Shown here in pieces: positions 41,130 to 51,039 of a stretch of 64,000 bases of DNA. Both the position numbers and the translations under genes were made by a program. The stretch's first letter is position 1. Every line of letters starts with the position of its first letter. The notes under the pieces are model-generated. The model was not told the DNA's origin, did no database searches, and saw only the letters and a program-made list of their open reading frames with translations. The DNA lies in contig NC_042998.1 in assembly GCF_006345805.1 (NCBI RefSeq), positions 169,508,001 to 169,572,000 on the forward strand, read 5' to 3'. The DNA is from Octopus sinensis. Lineage: Eukaryota.

Positions 41130-41530
41130 CTCTTTTACTCGTTTCAGTCATTTGACTGTGGCCATGCTGGAGTACTGCCTTTAGTTGATCGAGCAAATCG
41201 ACCCTGGAACTTATTCTTTGTAAGCCTAGTACTTATTCTATCGGTCTCTTTTGCTGAACCGCTAAGTTACAGGGATGTAAACACACCACCATCGGTTGTC
41301 GAGTGATGGGGGGGGGGGGGGCAAACACAGACACACAAACATATACGCACACATACATATATATACGATGGGCTTCTTTCAGTTTCCATCTACAAAATCC
41401 ACTCACAAGGCTTTGGTTGGCTCAAGGCTCTAGTAGAAGACACTTGCCCAAGGTGCCATGCAGTGGGACTGAACCCAGAACCATGTGGTTCGTAAGCAAG
41501 CTACTTACCACACAACCACTCCTATGCCTA
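41130..41530 (-). mobile_element. SINE family A
   Basis: Full-length reverse-complement match. Confidence 0.85.
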
Positions 41531-42141
41531 TAGTTATAATATTCTATTTATTTTTTCTGGTGAATTGTTTTCCTGTTTATTCACTCTGAAATTTAACTCT
41601 GTTTGAAACCAAAATATAAAGGTAAAGTAATTCTATTGTTTTCTTAAAGTACTTACATTGTTGCCCTAAATGTGACTGTAAGCCAATATCATGTACACAT
41701 TTTTTTTCACCCCAGCTTTATCATGTTCTCAATACCTGCATATTTTCTGTGTAAAGTGTCCCATTTTAACCTCTGTTTCATTTGCTGGTATTCAACTTCG
41801 GAACCTGCTGTAACAATCAATACAAATCTCTAAATTTGCTGATTAACTCAAACTAAGTTCAAATACAAAGAAAAAACTGAAATATATTTTATTTCTTTCG
41901 CATTCAGATTATTCTCTCAAATGCAATGCTTACTTATTCACATTGTTTTGAATTAATTATGCCTTTGAGATTAATCAGCTTTGAGATTTCAATGATGTGG
42001 CTATTTACTTTTAAAATGACATTGTAGAGTAGGTGTGATAGGCTAGATCTGGCTGGTTTGAACATTAAATAAGTAGAATATTTGGGTTGGATATGGCCAG
42101 TTTAAATACTAAGGGATTAAAATGCAATCTAGGTCATTTAA

Positions 42142-42361
42142 CCCTTTAGTGTTTAAACTGGCCATATCAGGCCAAAATTGTCTTCCTGTTTTATGCTTAA
42201 ACCAGCCAGCACTGACCTCTCACACCTATCCTACAAAGCCATTCTAAAAGTAAACAGGGACATCATCAAAATCTCAGAGTTACAAGATGCTGTACAATTA
42301 ATTTAAAACAATGTGATTAAACAGGCTTTACATTTGACAGAGTAATCTGAATGCTAAAGGG
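42142..42361. mobile_element. piggyBac-like MITE, family 2
   Basis: TTAA|CCCTTTAG ... CTAAAGGG|TTAA; a partial copy in opposite orientation is at ~41900-42120. Confidence 0.75.
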
Positions 42362-43049
42362 TTAAAAATCTATTTAGAATTATTATTTTTTTAATACAGG
42401 AATGAATAGAGAAAAAGTACTTAATCCATGGATTAGAGTTTATTTATTTGTTCTAAGTTTATTTTTCACTATGTTGGAGCCTTCAAGTGACAAAAAAAAG
42501 ATGGGGAAGTTGGGTTTGCTAGTTGGTCTTATTCTCCCCAGTACTTATTTCTGGTAGGGTTGTCTTGTACCATGCAATATAAGTCTTCCCTATTCTACAT
42601 TGTCTCTGTTCATTGAAAAGAAGTCTGTATAAAGGAAGGGGTGATGACAGAGGATGAACTAGGTGAGAGGCTGGAAGAAGCAAGAACATAATTAGAGAAA
42701 CTGAATGATTGGTGTAAGAGTGTGGCAGAGGAGGGAGTAATATATGTGTATGTATATATGTATACATACACACACACATATATATAACAAATATATATGT
42801 ATAGATATACATATACATGTGTTGCCAGTACTGCCTGATTGGTCCTCTTGCCTGTGTCATATAAAAATCACCCACTACACTCTCTGAGTGGTTAGCGTTA
42901 GAAAGGGCATCCAGTTGTAGAAATCTTGCCAGATCAGATTGGAGCCTGGTACAGCCTTCTGGCTAGTCAGTCCTCAGTCAAACTGTCCAACCCATGCCAA
43001 CATGGAAAACAGACATTAAACGATGATGATGCTGATGACATATACTTGA

Positions 43050-43795
43050 ATACAAACCTGAGACCAAACCGTTAATCTGCTAATCGTTAATTAATGAAGT
43101 TGAGATTTTTGTCAACAATTTAACTTTTAAGTTTACTTTGGAAAACATTATCAGATTAATTAACTTCTGTTACATTTAACTTCCATTAATCAGTTAATTA
43201 TTTAAAAATATAATGGAAGTTATTGATAAACCATTAATGTTCATTTTTATTATAGAAAGAAACAAAAAATTAGTCTTTGCTATAAAAACACCTTTAAAAA
43301 GTGCCAAAACTATAAAATCAGCTATTTTTGGCCCTCTTAAAGGCTTTAGAAACCCCAAACTATAGTTTTTTGCTTGAGAGTTAAAAAATGGTGATTTTAT
43401 AGTTTTAACTTTTAAAAGACCTAAGAAAGGCTGATTTCATAGTTTTGGTGCTTTTGAGGGTTTTTAAAGGCTTTTAGAGCCAGAAAAGGGTAAAAAGAGT
43501 GTCATGTTCAAGAGACCCTATAGGACAACCATGGCCAAGGCATGTGCCCACTGGAACCAGCAAGATCGCAGCACTGTGGCAGCAGACAGCATCTACACAG
43601 AGGTGGGGAGGAGGCTGGTAGTCCGCAATATGATGAGGTGGCGTTTCACCTATGACTCTTTGGTGGTCCTCAACACCATTCTGGAGACTAAGAGGCCTGT
43701 TCTCCGCAGAGTCATGACCCAGTTGAAGGTCAACAGCTTCAATGACCAGGATGTCAACTTAATGAAGGAGTATACCAAGATAATAAATTAATACT
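43050..43795 (+). mobile_element. hAT transposase remnant with subterminal repeats and a small TIR element (~43285-43470)
   Basis: ORF 43504-43791 ...LVVRNMMRWRFTYDSL... resembles the hAT P-x-x-TRWNS motif region. It is short and has no flanking exons. Confidence 0.55.
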
Positions 43796-44305
43796 AAAAT
43801 AATATTACATTATAATATATATATTATTTTGATATATACTAGCTGGATCAATGAAAACTTCATGGTAAACATTAAAAAATGTAAGCATCTATAAATTGTT
43901 TGCTGGTGCCATGAGAAATGCTGGTGTATTGTGACATTTACAGAATACAGAAAGAAGTGTAAAACTGATAACTATATAATCCAACTAAAATATTTCAGTT
44001 ACGCAAACATAAATAGAATTACTATTTAGCCTTAAAATACATCGTACATATTCAAAGAACCTTCTTGGTTTAGTGGTATGCAATGTTCTTCTGGTATGCA
44101 TTTATTCTTTTACTTGTGTCAGTCATTTGACTGTGGCTATGCTGGAGCACTGCCCTTTAGTCAAAGAAATCAACCCCTGGACTTATTACTTGTAAGCCTG
44201 GTGCTTATTCTATCAGTCTCTTCTGTCGACCACCTAAGTTACAGGGATGCAAACACACCAACATCAGACGCAAACATACACACATAAATATCTATCTGTC
44301 TGTCT

Positions 44306-44354
<49 letters not shown>

Positions 44355-44472
44355 CAATTAAGGAACGGCCATAATAGGCCATTCACCCACTAGAAATAAC
44401 AGCCAGAGCTTCTACCGCAAATAAAGATCAATTCCGTAAACAGGAGAAAATTAAAAAAACATTTACCCTGTA

Positions 44473-44578
44473 ATTTCTTGTACGGTATACCGTTTCATCC
44501 GCTGTTTAATGGTAAACTAACCTGATTAAATTAAATCAAGCTAATCTTCCATAAGCCCTCGGATTCTTCAGCAGAAAT
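44473..44578 (-). ncRNA. Type I hammerhead ribozyme, inverted copy
   Basis: Reverse complement of the forward motif; one base missing in the helix I 5' strand. Confidence 0.8.
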
Positions 44579-45131
44579 AGCTCAAGTCGGAACAGATATT
44601 TACACGAGGCATACCCAATCTTGCCAAGGCATATCTGACCTAAAATTTTCAAATCGTCGCACTCGCGCCAAATTTATCGGCAGCAATAAATATCAGCCGT
44701 CGATTCCATTACGGAATTAACCAAAAAATTCATAATTAATCAATATAGGGTGGCAAGGAAATTTTTTTAATTTTCTCCTGTTTACGGAATTGATCTTTAT
44801 TTGCGGTAGAAGCTCTGGCTGTTATTTCTAGTGGGTGAATGGCCTATTATGGCCGTTCCTTAACTGTTAATGTTGAACTTAAAAATGGTCTATGACTATT
44901 TAAATTTTTTCCCACTGGGCCGCTGGTGGCAATAAAATTCTACAAAATTTTCCTTGCCACCCTATATTGATTAATTATGAATTTTTTGGTTATTCCGTAA
45001 TGGAATCGACGGCTGATATTTATTTGCTGCCGATAAATTTGGCGCGAGTGCGACGATTTGAAAATTTTAGGTCAGATATTGCTTGGCAAGATTGGGTATG
45101 CCTCGTGTAAATATCTGTTCCGACTTGAGCT

Positions 45132-45237
45132 ATTTCTTGCTGAAGAATCCGAGGGCTTATGGAAGATTAGCTTGATTTAATTAATCAGGTTAGTTTACCA
45201 TTAAACAGCGGATGAAACGGTATACCGTACAAGAAAT
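45132..45237 (+). ncRNA. Type I hammerhead ribozyme, copy 1
   Basis: Helix I ATTTCTTG (45132-39) pairs with CAAGAAAT (45230-37). Core CTGAAGA is at 45140-46. Helix II ATCCG...CGGAT spans 45147-45213, followed by GAAA at 45214-17. Helix III is ACGG-TATA-CCGT. The cleavage triplet is GUA, with the cut after 45229. Confidence 0.9.
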
Positions 45238-45624
45238 TACAGGGTAAATGTTTTTTTAATTTTCTCCTGTTTACGGAATTGATCTTTATATTTGCGGTAG
45301 AAGCTCTGGCTGTTATTTCTAGTGGGTGAATGGCCTATTATGGCCGTTCCTTAATTGTTAATGTTGAACTTAAAAATGGTCTATGACTATTTAAATTTTT
45401 TCCCACTGGGCCGCTGGTGGCAATAAAATTCTACAAAATTTTCCTTGCCACCCTATATTGATTAATTATGAATTTTTTGGTTAATTCCGTAATGGAATCG
45501 ACGGCTGATATTTATTTGCTGCCGATAAATTTGGCGCGAGTGCGACGATTTGAAAATTTTAGGTCAGATATTGCCTTGGCAAGATTGGGTATGCCTCGTG
45601 TAAATATCTGTTCCGACTTGAGCT

Positions 45625-45730
45625 ATTTCTTGCTGAAGAATCCGAGGGCTTATGGAAGATTAGCTTGATTTAATTTATCAGGTTAGTTTACCATTAAACA
45701 GCGGATGAAACGGTATACCGTACAAGAATT
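45625..45730 (+). ncRNA. Type I hammerhead, copy 2
   Basis: Same motif; one A missing in the helix I 3' strand. Confidence 0.85.
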
Positions 45731-46114
45731 ACAGGGTAAATGTTTTTTTAATTTTCTCCTGTTTACGGAATTGATCTTTATTTGCGGTAGAAGCTCTGGC
45801 TGTTATTTCTAGTGGGTGAATGGCCTATTATGGCCGTTCCTTAATTGTTAATGTTGAACTTAAAAATGGTCTATGACTATTTAAATTTTTTCCCACTGGG
45901 CCGCTGGTGGCAATAAAATTCTACAAAATTTTCCTTGCCACCCTATATTGATTAATTATGAAATTTTTGGTTAATTCCGTAATGGAATCGACGGCTGATA
46001 TTTATTTGCTGCCGATAAATTTGGCGCGAGTGCGACGATTTGAAAATTTTAGGTCAGATATTGCCTTGGCAAGATTGGGTATGCCTCGTGTAAATATCTG
46101 TTCCGACTTGAGCT

Positions 46115-46219
46115 ATTTCTTGCTGAAGAATCCGAGGGCTTATGGAAGATTAGCTTGATTTATTTAATCAGGTTAGTTTACCATTAAACAGCGATGAAAC
46201 GGTATACCGTACAAGAAAT
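46115..46219 (+). ncRNA. Type I hammerhead, copy 3
   Basis: Same motif; CGGAT>CGAT in helix II. Confidence 0.8.
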
Positions 46220-46605
46220 TACAGGGTAATGTTTTTTTTTTAATTTTCTCCTGTTTACGGAATTGATCTTTATTTGCGGTAGAAGCTCTGGCTGTTATTT
46301 CTAGTGGTGAATGGCCTATTATGGCCGTTCCTTAATTGTTAATGTTGAACTTAAAAATGGTCTATGACTATTTAAATTTTTTCCCACTGGGCCGCTGGTG
46401 GCAATAAAATTCTACAAAAATTTCCTTGCCACCCATATATTGATTAATTATGAATTTTTTGGTTAATTCCGTAATGGAATCGACGGCTGATATTTATTTG
46501 CTGCCGATAAATTTGGCGCGAGTGCGACGATTTGAAAATTTTAGGTCAGATATTGCCTGGCAAGATTGGGTATGCCTCGTGTAAATATCTGTTCCGACTT
46601 GAGCT

Positions 46606-46711
46606 ATTTCTTGCTGAAGAATCCGAGGGCTTATGGAAGATTAGCTTGATTAATTTAATCAGGTTAGTTTACCATTAAACAGCGGATGAAACGGTATACC
46701 GTACAAGAAAT
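46606..46711 (+). ncRNA. Type I hammerhead, copy 4
   Basis: Core and helices intact. Confidence 0.88.
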
Positions 46712-47095
46712 TACAGGGTAAATGTTTTTTTAATTTTCTCCTGTTTACGGAATTGATCTTTATTTGCGGTAGAAGCTCTGGCTGTTATTTCTAGTGGGTG
46801 AATGGCCTATTATGGCCGTTCCTTAATTGTTAATGTTGAACTTAAAAATGGTCTATGACTATTTAAATTTTTTCCCACTGGGCCGCTGGTGGCAATAAAA
46901 TTCTACAAAATTTTCCTTGCCACCCATATTGATTAATTATGAATTTTTTGGTTAATTCCGTAATGGAATCGACGGCTGATATTTATTTGCTGCCGATAAA
47001 TTTGGCGCGAGTGCGACGATTTGAAAATTTTAGGTCAGATATTGCCTTGGCAAGATTGGGTATGCCTCGTGTAAATATCTGTTCCGACTTGAGCT

Positions 47096-47200
47096 ATTTC
47101 TTGCTGAAGAATCCGAGGGCTTATGAAGATAGCTTGATTTAATTTAATCAGGTTAGTTTACCATTAAACAGCGGATGAAACGGTATACCGTACAAGAAAT
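47096..47200 (+). ncRNA. Type I hammerhead, copy 5
   Basis: Core intact; small indels in distal helix II. Confidence 0.85.
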
Positions 47201-47582
47201 TACAGGGTAAATGTTTTTTTAATTTTCTCCTGTTTACGGAATTGATCTTTATTTGCGGTAGAAGCTCTGGCTGTTATTTCTAGTGGGTGAATGGCCTATT
47301 ATGGCCGTTCCTTATTGTTAATGTTGAACTTAAAAATGGTCTATGACTATTTAAATTTTTTCCCACTGGGCCGCTGGTGGCAATAAAATTCTACAAAATT
47401 TTCCTTGCCACCCTATATGATTAATTATGAATTTTTTTGTTAATTCCGTAATGGAATCGACGGCTGATATTTATTTGCTGCCGATAAATTTGGCGCGAGT
47501 GCGACGATTTGAAAATTTTAGGTCAGATATTGCCTTGGCAAGATTGGGTATGCCTCGTGTAAATATCTGTTCGACTTGAGCT

Positions 47583-47688
47583 ATTTCTTGCTGAAGAATC
47601 CGAGGCTTATGGAAGATTAGCTTGATTTAATTTAATCAGGTTAGTTTACCATTAAACAGCGGATGAAACGGTATACCGTACAAGAAAT
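47583..47688 (+). ncRNA. Type I hammerhead, copy 6
   Basis: Core and proximal helices intact. Confidence 0.86.
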
Positions 47689-48070
47689 TACAGGGTAAAT
47701 GTTTTTTTAATTTTCTCCTGTTTACGGAATTGATCTTTATTTGCGGTAGAAGCTCTGGCTGTTATTTCTAGTGGGTGAATGGCCTATTATGGCCGTTCCT
47801 TAATTGTTAATGTTGAACTTAAAAATGGTCTATGACTATTTAAATTTTTTCCCACTGGCCGCTGGTGGCATAAAATTCTACAAAATTTTCCTTGCCACCC
47901 TATATTGATTAATTATGAATTTTTTTGTTAATTCCGTAATGGAATCGATGGCTGATATTATTTGCTGCCGATAAATTTGGCGCGAGTGCGACGATTTGAA
48001 AATTTTAGGTCAGATATTGCCTTGGCAAGATTGGGTATGCCTCGTGTAAATATCTGTTCCGACTTGAGCT

Positions 48071-48174
48071 ATTTCTTGCTGAAGAATCCGAGGGCTTATG
48101 GAAGATAGCTTGATTAATTTAATCAGGTTAGTTTACCATTAAACAGCGATGAAACGGTATACCGTACAAGAAAT
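48071..48174 (+). ncRNA. Type I hammerhead, copy 7
   Basis: Same motif; CGGAT>CGAT in helix II. Confidence 0.8.
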
Positions 48175-48557
48175 TACAGGGTAAATGTTTTTTTAATTTT
48201 CTCCTGTTTACGGAATTGATCTTTATTTGCGGTAGAAGCTCTGGCTGTTATTTCTAGTGGGTGAATGGCCTATTATGGCCGTTCCTTAATTGTTAATGTT
48301 GAACTTAAAAATGGTCTATGACTATTTAAATTTTTTCCACTGGGCCGCTGGTGGCAATAAAATTCTACAAAATTTTCCTTGCCACCCTATATTGATTAAT
48401 TATGAATTTTTTGGTTAATTCCGTAATGGAATCGACGGCTGATATTTATTTGCTGCCGATAAATTTGGCGCGAGTGCGACGATTTGAAAATTTTAGGTCA
48501 GATATTGCCTTGGCAAGATTGGGTATGCCTCGTGTAAATATCTGTTCGACTTGAGCT

Positions 48558-48664
48558 ATTTCTTGCTGAAGAATCCGAGGGCTTATGGAAGATTAGCTTG
48601 ATTTAATTTAATCAGGTTAGTTTACCATTAAACAGCGGATGAAACGGTATACCGTACAAGAAAT
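48558..48664 (+). ncRNA. Type I hammerhead, copy 8
   Basis: Core and helices intact. Confidence 0.88.
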
Positions 48665-49048
48665 TACAGGGTAAATGTTTTTTTATTTTCTCCTGTTTAC
48701 GGAATTGATCTTTATTTGCGGTAGAAGCTCTGGCTGTTATTTCTAGTGGGTGAATGGCCTATTATGGCCGTTCCTTAATTGTTAATGTTGAACTTAAAAA
48801 TGGTCTATGACTATTTAAATTTTTTCCCACTGGGCCGCTGGTGGCAATAAAATTCTACAAAATTTTCCTTGCCACCCTATATTGATTAATTATGAATTTT
48901 TTGGTTAATTCCGTAATGGAATCGATGGCTGATATTTATTTGCTGCCGATAAATTTGGCGCGAGTGCGACGATTTGAAAATTTTAGGTCAGATATTGCCT
49001 TGGCAAGATTGGGTATGCCTCGTGTAAATATCTGTTCCGACTTGAGCT

Positions 49049-49155
49049 ATTTCTTGCTGAAGAATCCGAGGGCTTATGGAAGATTAGCTTGATTTAATTT
49101 AATCAGGTTAGTTTACCATTAAACAGCGGATGAAACGGTATACCGTACAAGAAAT
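49049..49155 (+). ncRNA. Type I hammerhead, copy 9
   Basis: Core and helices intact. Confidence 0.88.
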
Positions 49156-49539
49156 TACAGGGTAAATGTTTTTTTAATTTTCTCCTGTTTACCGGAATTG
49201 ATCTTTATTTGCGGTAGAAGCTCTGGCTGTTATTTCTAGTGGGTGAATGGCCTATTATGGCCGTTCCTTAATTGTTAATGTTGAACTTAAAAATGGTCTA
49301 TGACTATTTAAATTTTTTCCCACTGGGCCGCTGGTGGCAATAAAATTCTACAAAATTTTCCTTGCCACCCTATATTGATAATTATGAATTTTTTGGTTAA
49401 TTCCGTAATGGAATCGACGGCTGATATTTATTTGCTGCCGATAAATTTGGCGCGAGTGCGACGATTTGAAAATTTTAGGTCAGATATTGCCTTGGCAAGA
49501 TGGGTATGCCTCGTGTAAATATCTGTTCCGACTTGAGCT

Positions 49540-49646
49540 ATTTCTTGCTGAAGAATCCGAGGGCTTATGGAAGATTAGCTTGATTTAATTTAATCAGGTT
49601 AGTTTACCATTAAACAGCGGATGAAACGGTATACCATACAAGAAAT
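49540..49646 (+). ncRNA. Type I hammerhead, copy 10 (GUA>AUA variant)
   Basis: CCGTA>CCATA breaks the C-G pair next to the core. Confidence 0.7.
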
Positions 49647-50028
49647 TACAGGGTAATGTTTTTTTAATTTTCTCCTGTTTACGGAATTGATCTTTATTTG
49701 CGGTAAAGCTCTGGCTGTTATTTCTAGTGGGTGAATGGCCTATTATGGCCGTTCCTTATTGTTAATGTTGAACTTAAAAATGGTCTATGACTATTTAAAT
49801 TTTTTCCCACTGGGCCGCTGGTGGCAATAAAATTCTACAAAATTTTCCTTGCCACCCTATATTGATTAATTATGAATTTTTTGGTTAATTCCGTAATGGA
49901 ATCGATGGCTGATATTTATTTGCTGCCGATAAATTTGGCGCGAGTGCGACGATTTGAAAATTTTAGGTCAGATATTGCCTTGGCAAGATTGGGTATGCCT
50001 CGTGTAAATATCTGTTCCGACTTGAGCT

Positions 50029-50136
50029 ATTTCTTGCTGAAGAATCCGAGGGCTTATGGAAGATTAGCTTGATTTAATTTAATCAGGTTAGTTTACCATT
50101 AAACAGCGGATGAAACGGTATATACCGTACAGAAAT
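50029..50136 (+). ncRNA. Type I hammerhead, copy 11
   Basis: Helix III loop is TATATA; one A missing in helix I. Confidence 0.8.
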
Positions 50137-50520
50137 TACAGGGTAAATGTTTTTTTAATTTTCTCCTGTTACGGAATTGATCTTTATTTGCGGTAGAAGC
50201 TCTGGCTGTTATTTCTAGTGGGTGAATGGCCTATTATGGCCGTTCCTTAATTGTTAATGTTGAACTTAAAAATGGTCTATGACTATTTAAATTTTTTCCC
50301 ACTGGGCCGCTGGTGGCAATAAAATTCTACAAAATTTTCCTTGCCACCCTATATTGATTAATTATGAATTTTTTGGTTAATTCCGTAATGGAATCGACGG
50401 CTGATATTTATTTGCTGCCGATAAATTTGGCGCGAGTGCGACGATTTGAAAATTTTAGGTCAGATATTGCCTTGGCAAGATTGGGTATGCCTCGTGTAAA
50501 TATCTGTTCCGACTTGAGCT

Positions 50521-50627
50521 ATTTCTTGCTGAAGAATCCGAGGGCTTATGGAAGATTAGCTTGATTTAATTTAATCAGGTTAGTTTACCATTAAACAGCG
50601 GATGAAACGGTATACCATACAAGAAAT
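50521..50627 (+). ncRNA. Type I hammerhead, copy 12 (GUA>AUA variant)
   Basis: Same CCATA variant as copy 10. Confidence 0.7.
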
Positions 50628-51039
50628 TACAGGGTAAATGTTTTTTTAATTTTCTCCTGTTTACGGAATTGATCTTTATTTGCGGTAGAAGCTCTGGCTG
50701 TTATTTCTAGTGGGTGAATGGCCTATTATGGCCGTTCCTTAATTGTTAATGTTGAACTTAAAAATGGTCTATGACTATTTAAATTTTTTCCCACTGGGCC
50801 GCTGGTGGCAATAAAATTCTACAAAATTTTCCTTGCCACCCTATATTGATTAATTATATATATATATATATATATAAAATACAAATACAAAATGGGACAT
50901 GAATGCAAAACATCCGGACAACTAGGTGATACAAAAAGGGACAACAAAACATCCAGATAGACGATACAAAAAAACAAGGACGACTCATTTGAAGCTTTCT
51001 ATCCTCAGTCAAGAACCGGATCATCCTCTGCAAGGAAAC

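Larger units (their letters stand above)
44350..50857. mobile_element. Hammerhead-ribozyme tandem array (retrozyme-like or Penelope pLTR-like): ~12.4 forward units of ~490 bp plus ~0.85 inverted unit
   Basis: The ribozyme core CTGAAGA starts at 45140, 45633, 46123, 46614, 47104, 47591, 48079, 48566, 49057, 49548, 50037 and 50529 (spacing 487-493). 44350-44765 is the reverse complement of the unit. Both ends abut (TA)n. Confidence 0.9.

Noticed and set aside
45037-45130. Pol III A/B boxes in the array unit (TGGCGCGAGTG ... GTTCCGAC)
   Set aside because: Poor consensus match, and multiple T6-T7 runs would terminate Pol III.
44350-50857. CRISPR array or rDNA/5S cluster
   Set aside because: Units are fully repeated ~490 bp sequences with no unique spacers, and show no rRNA or snRNA similarity that I recognise.
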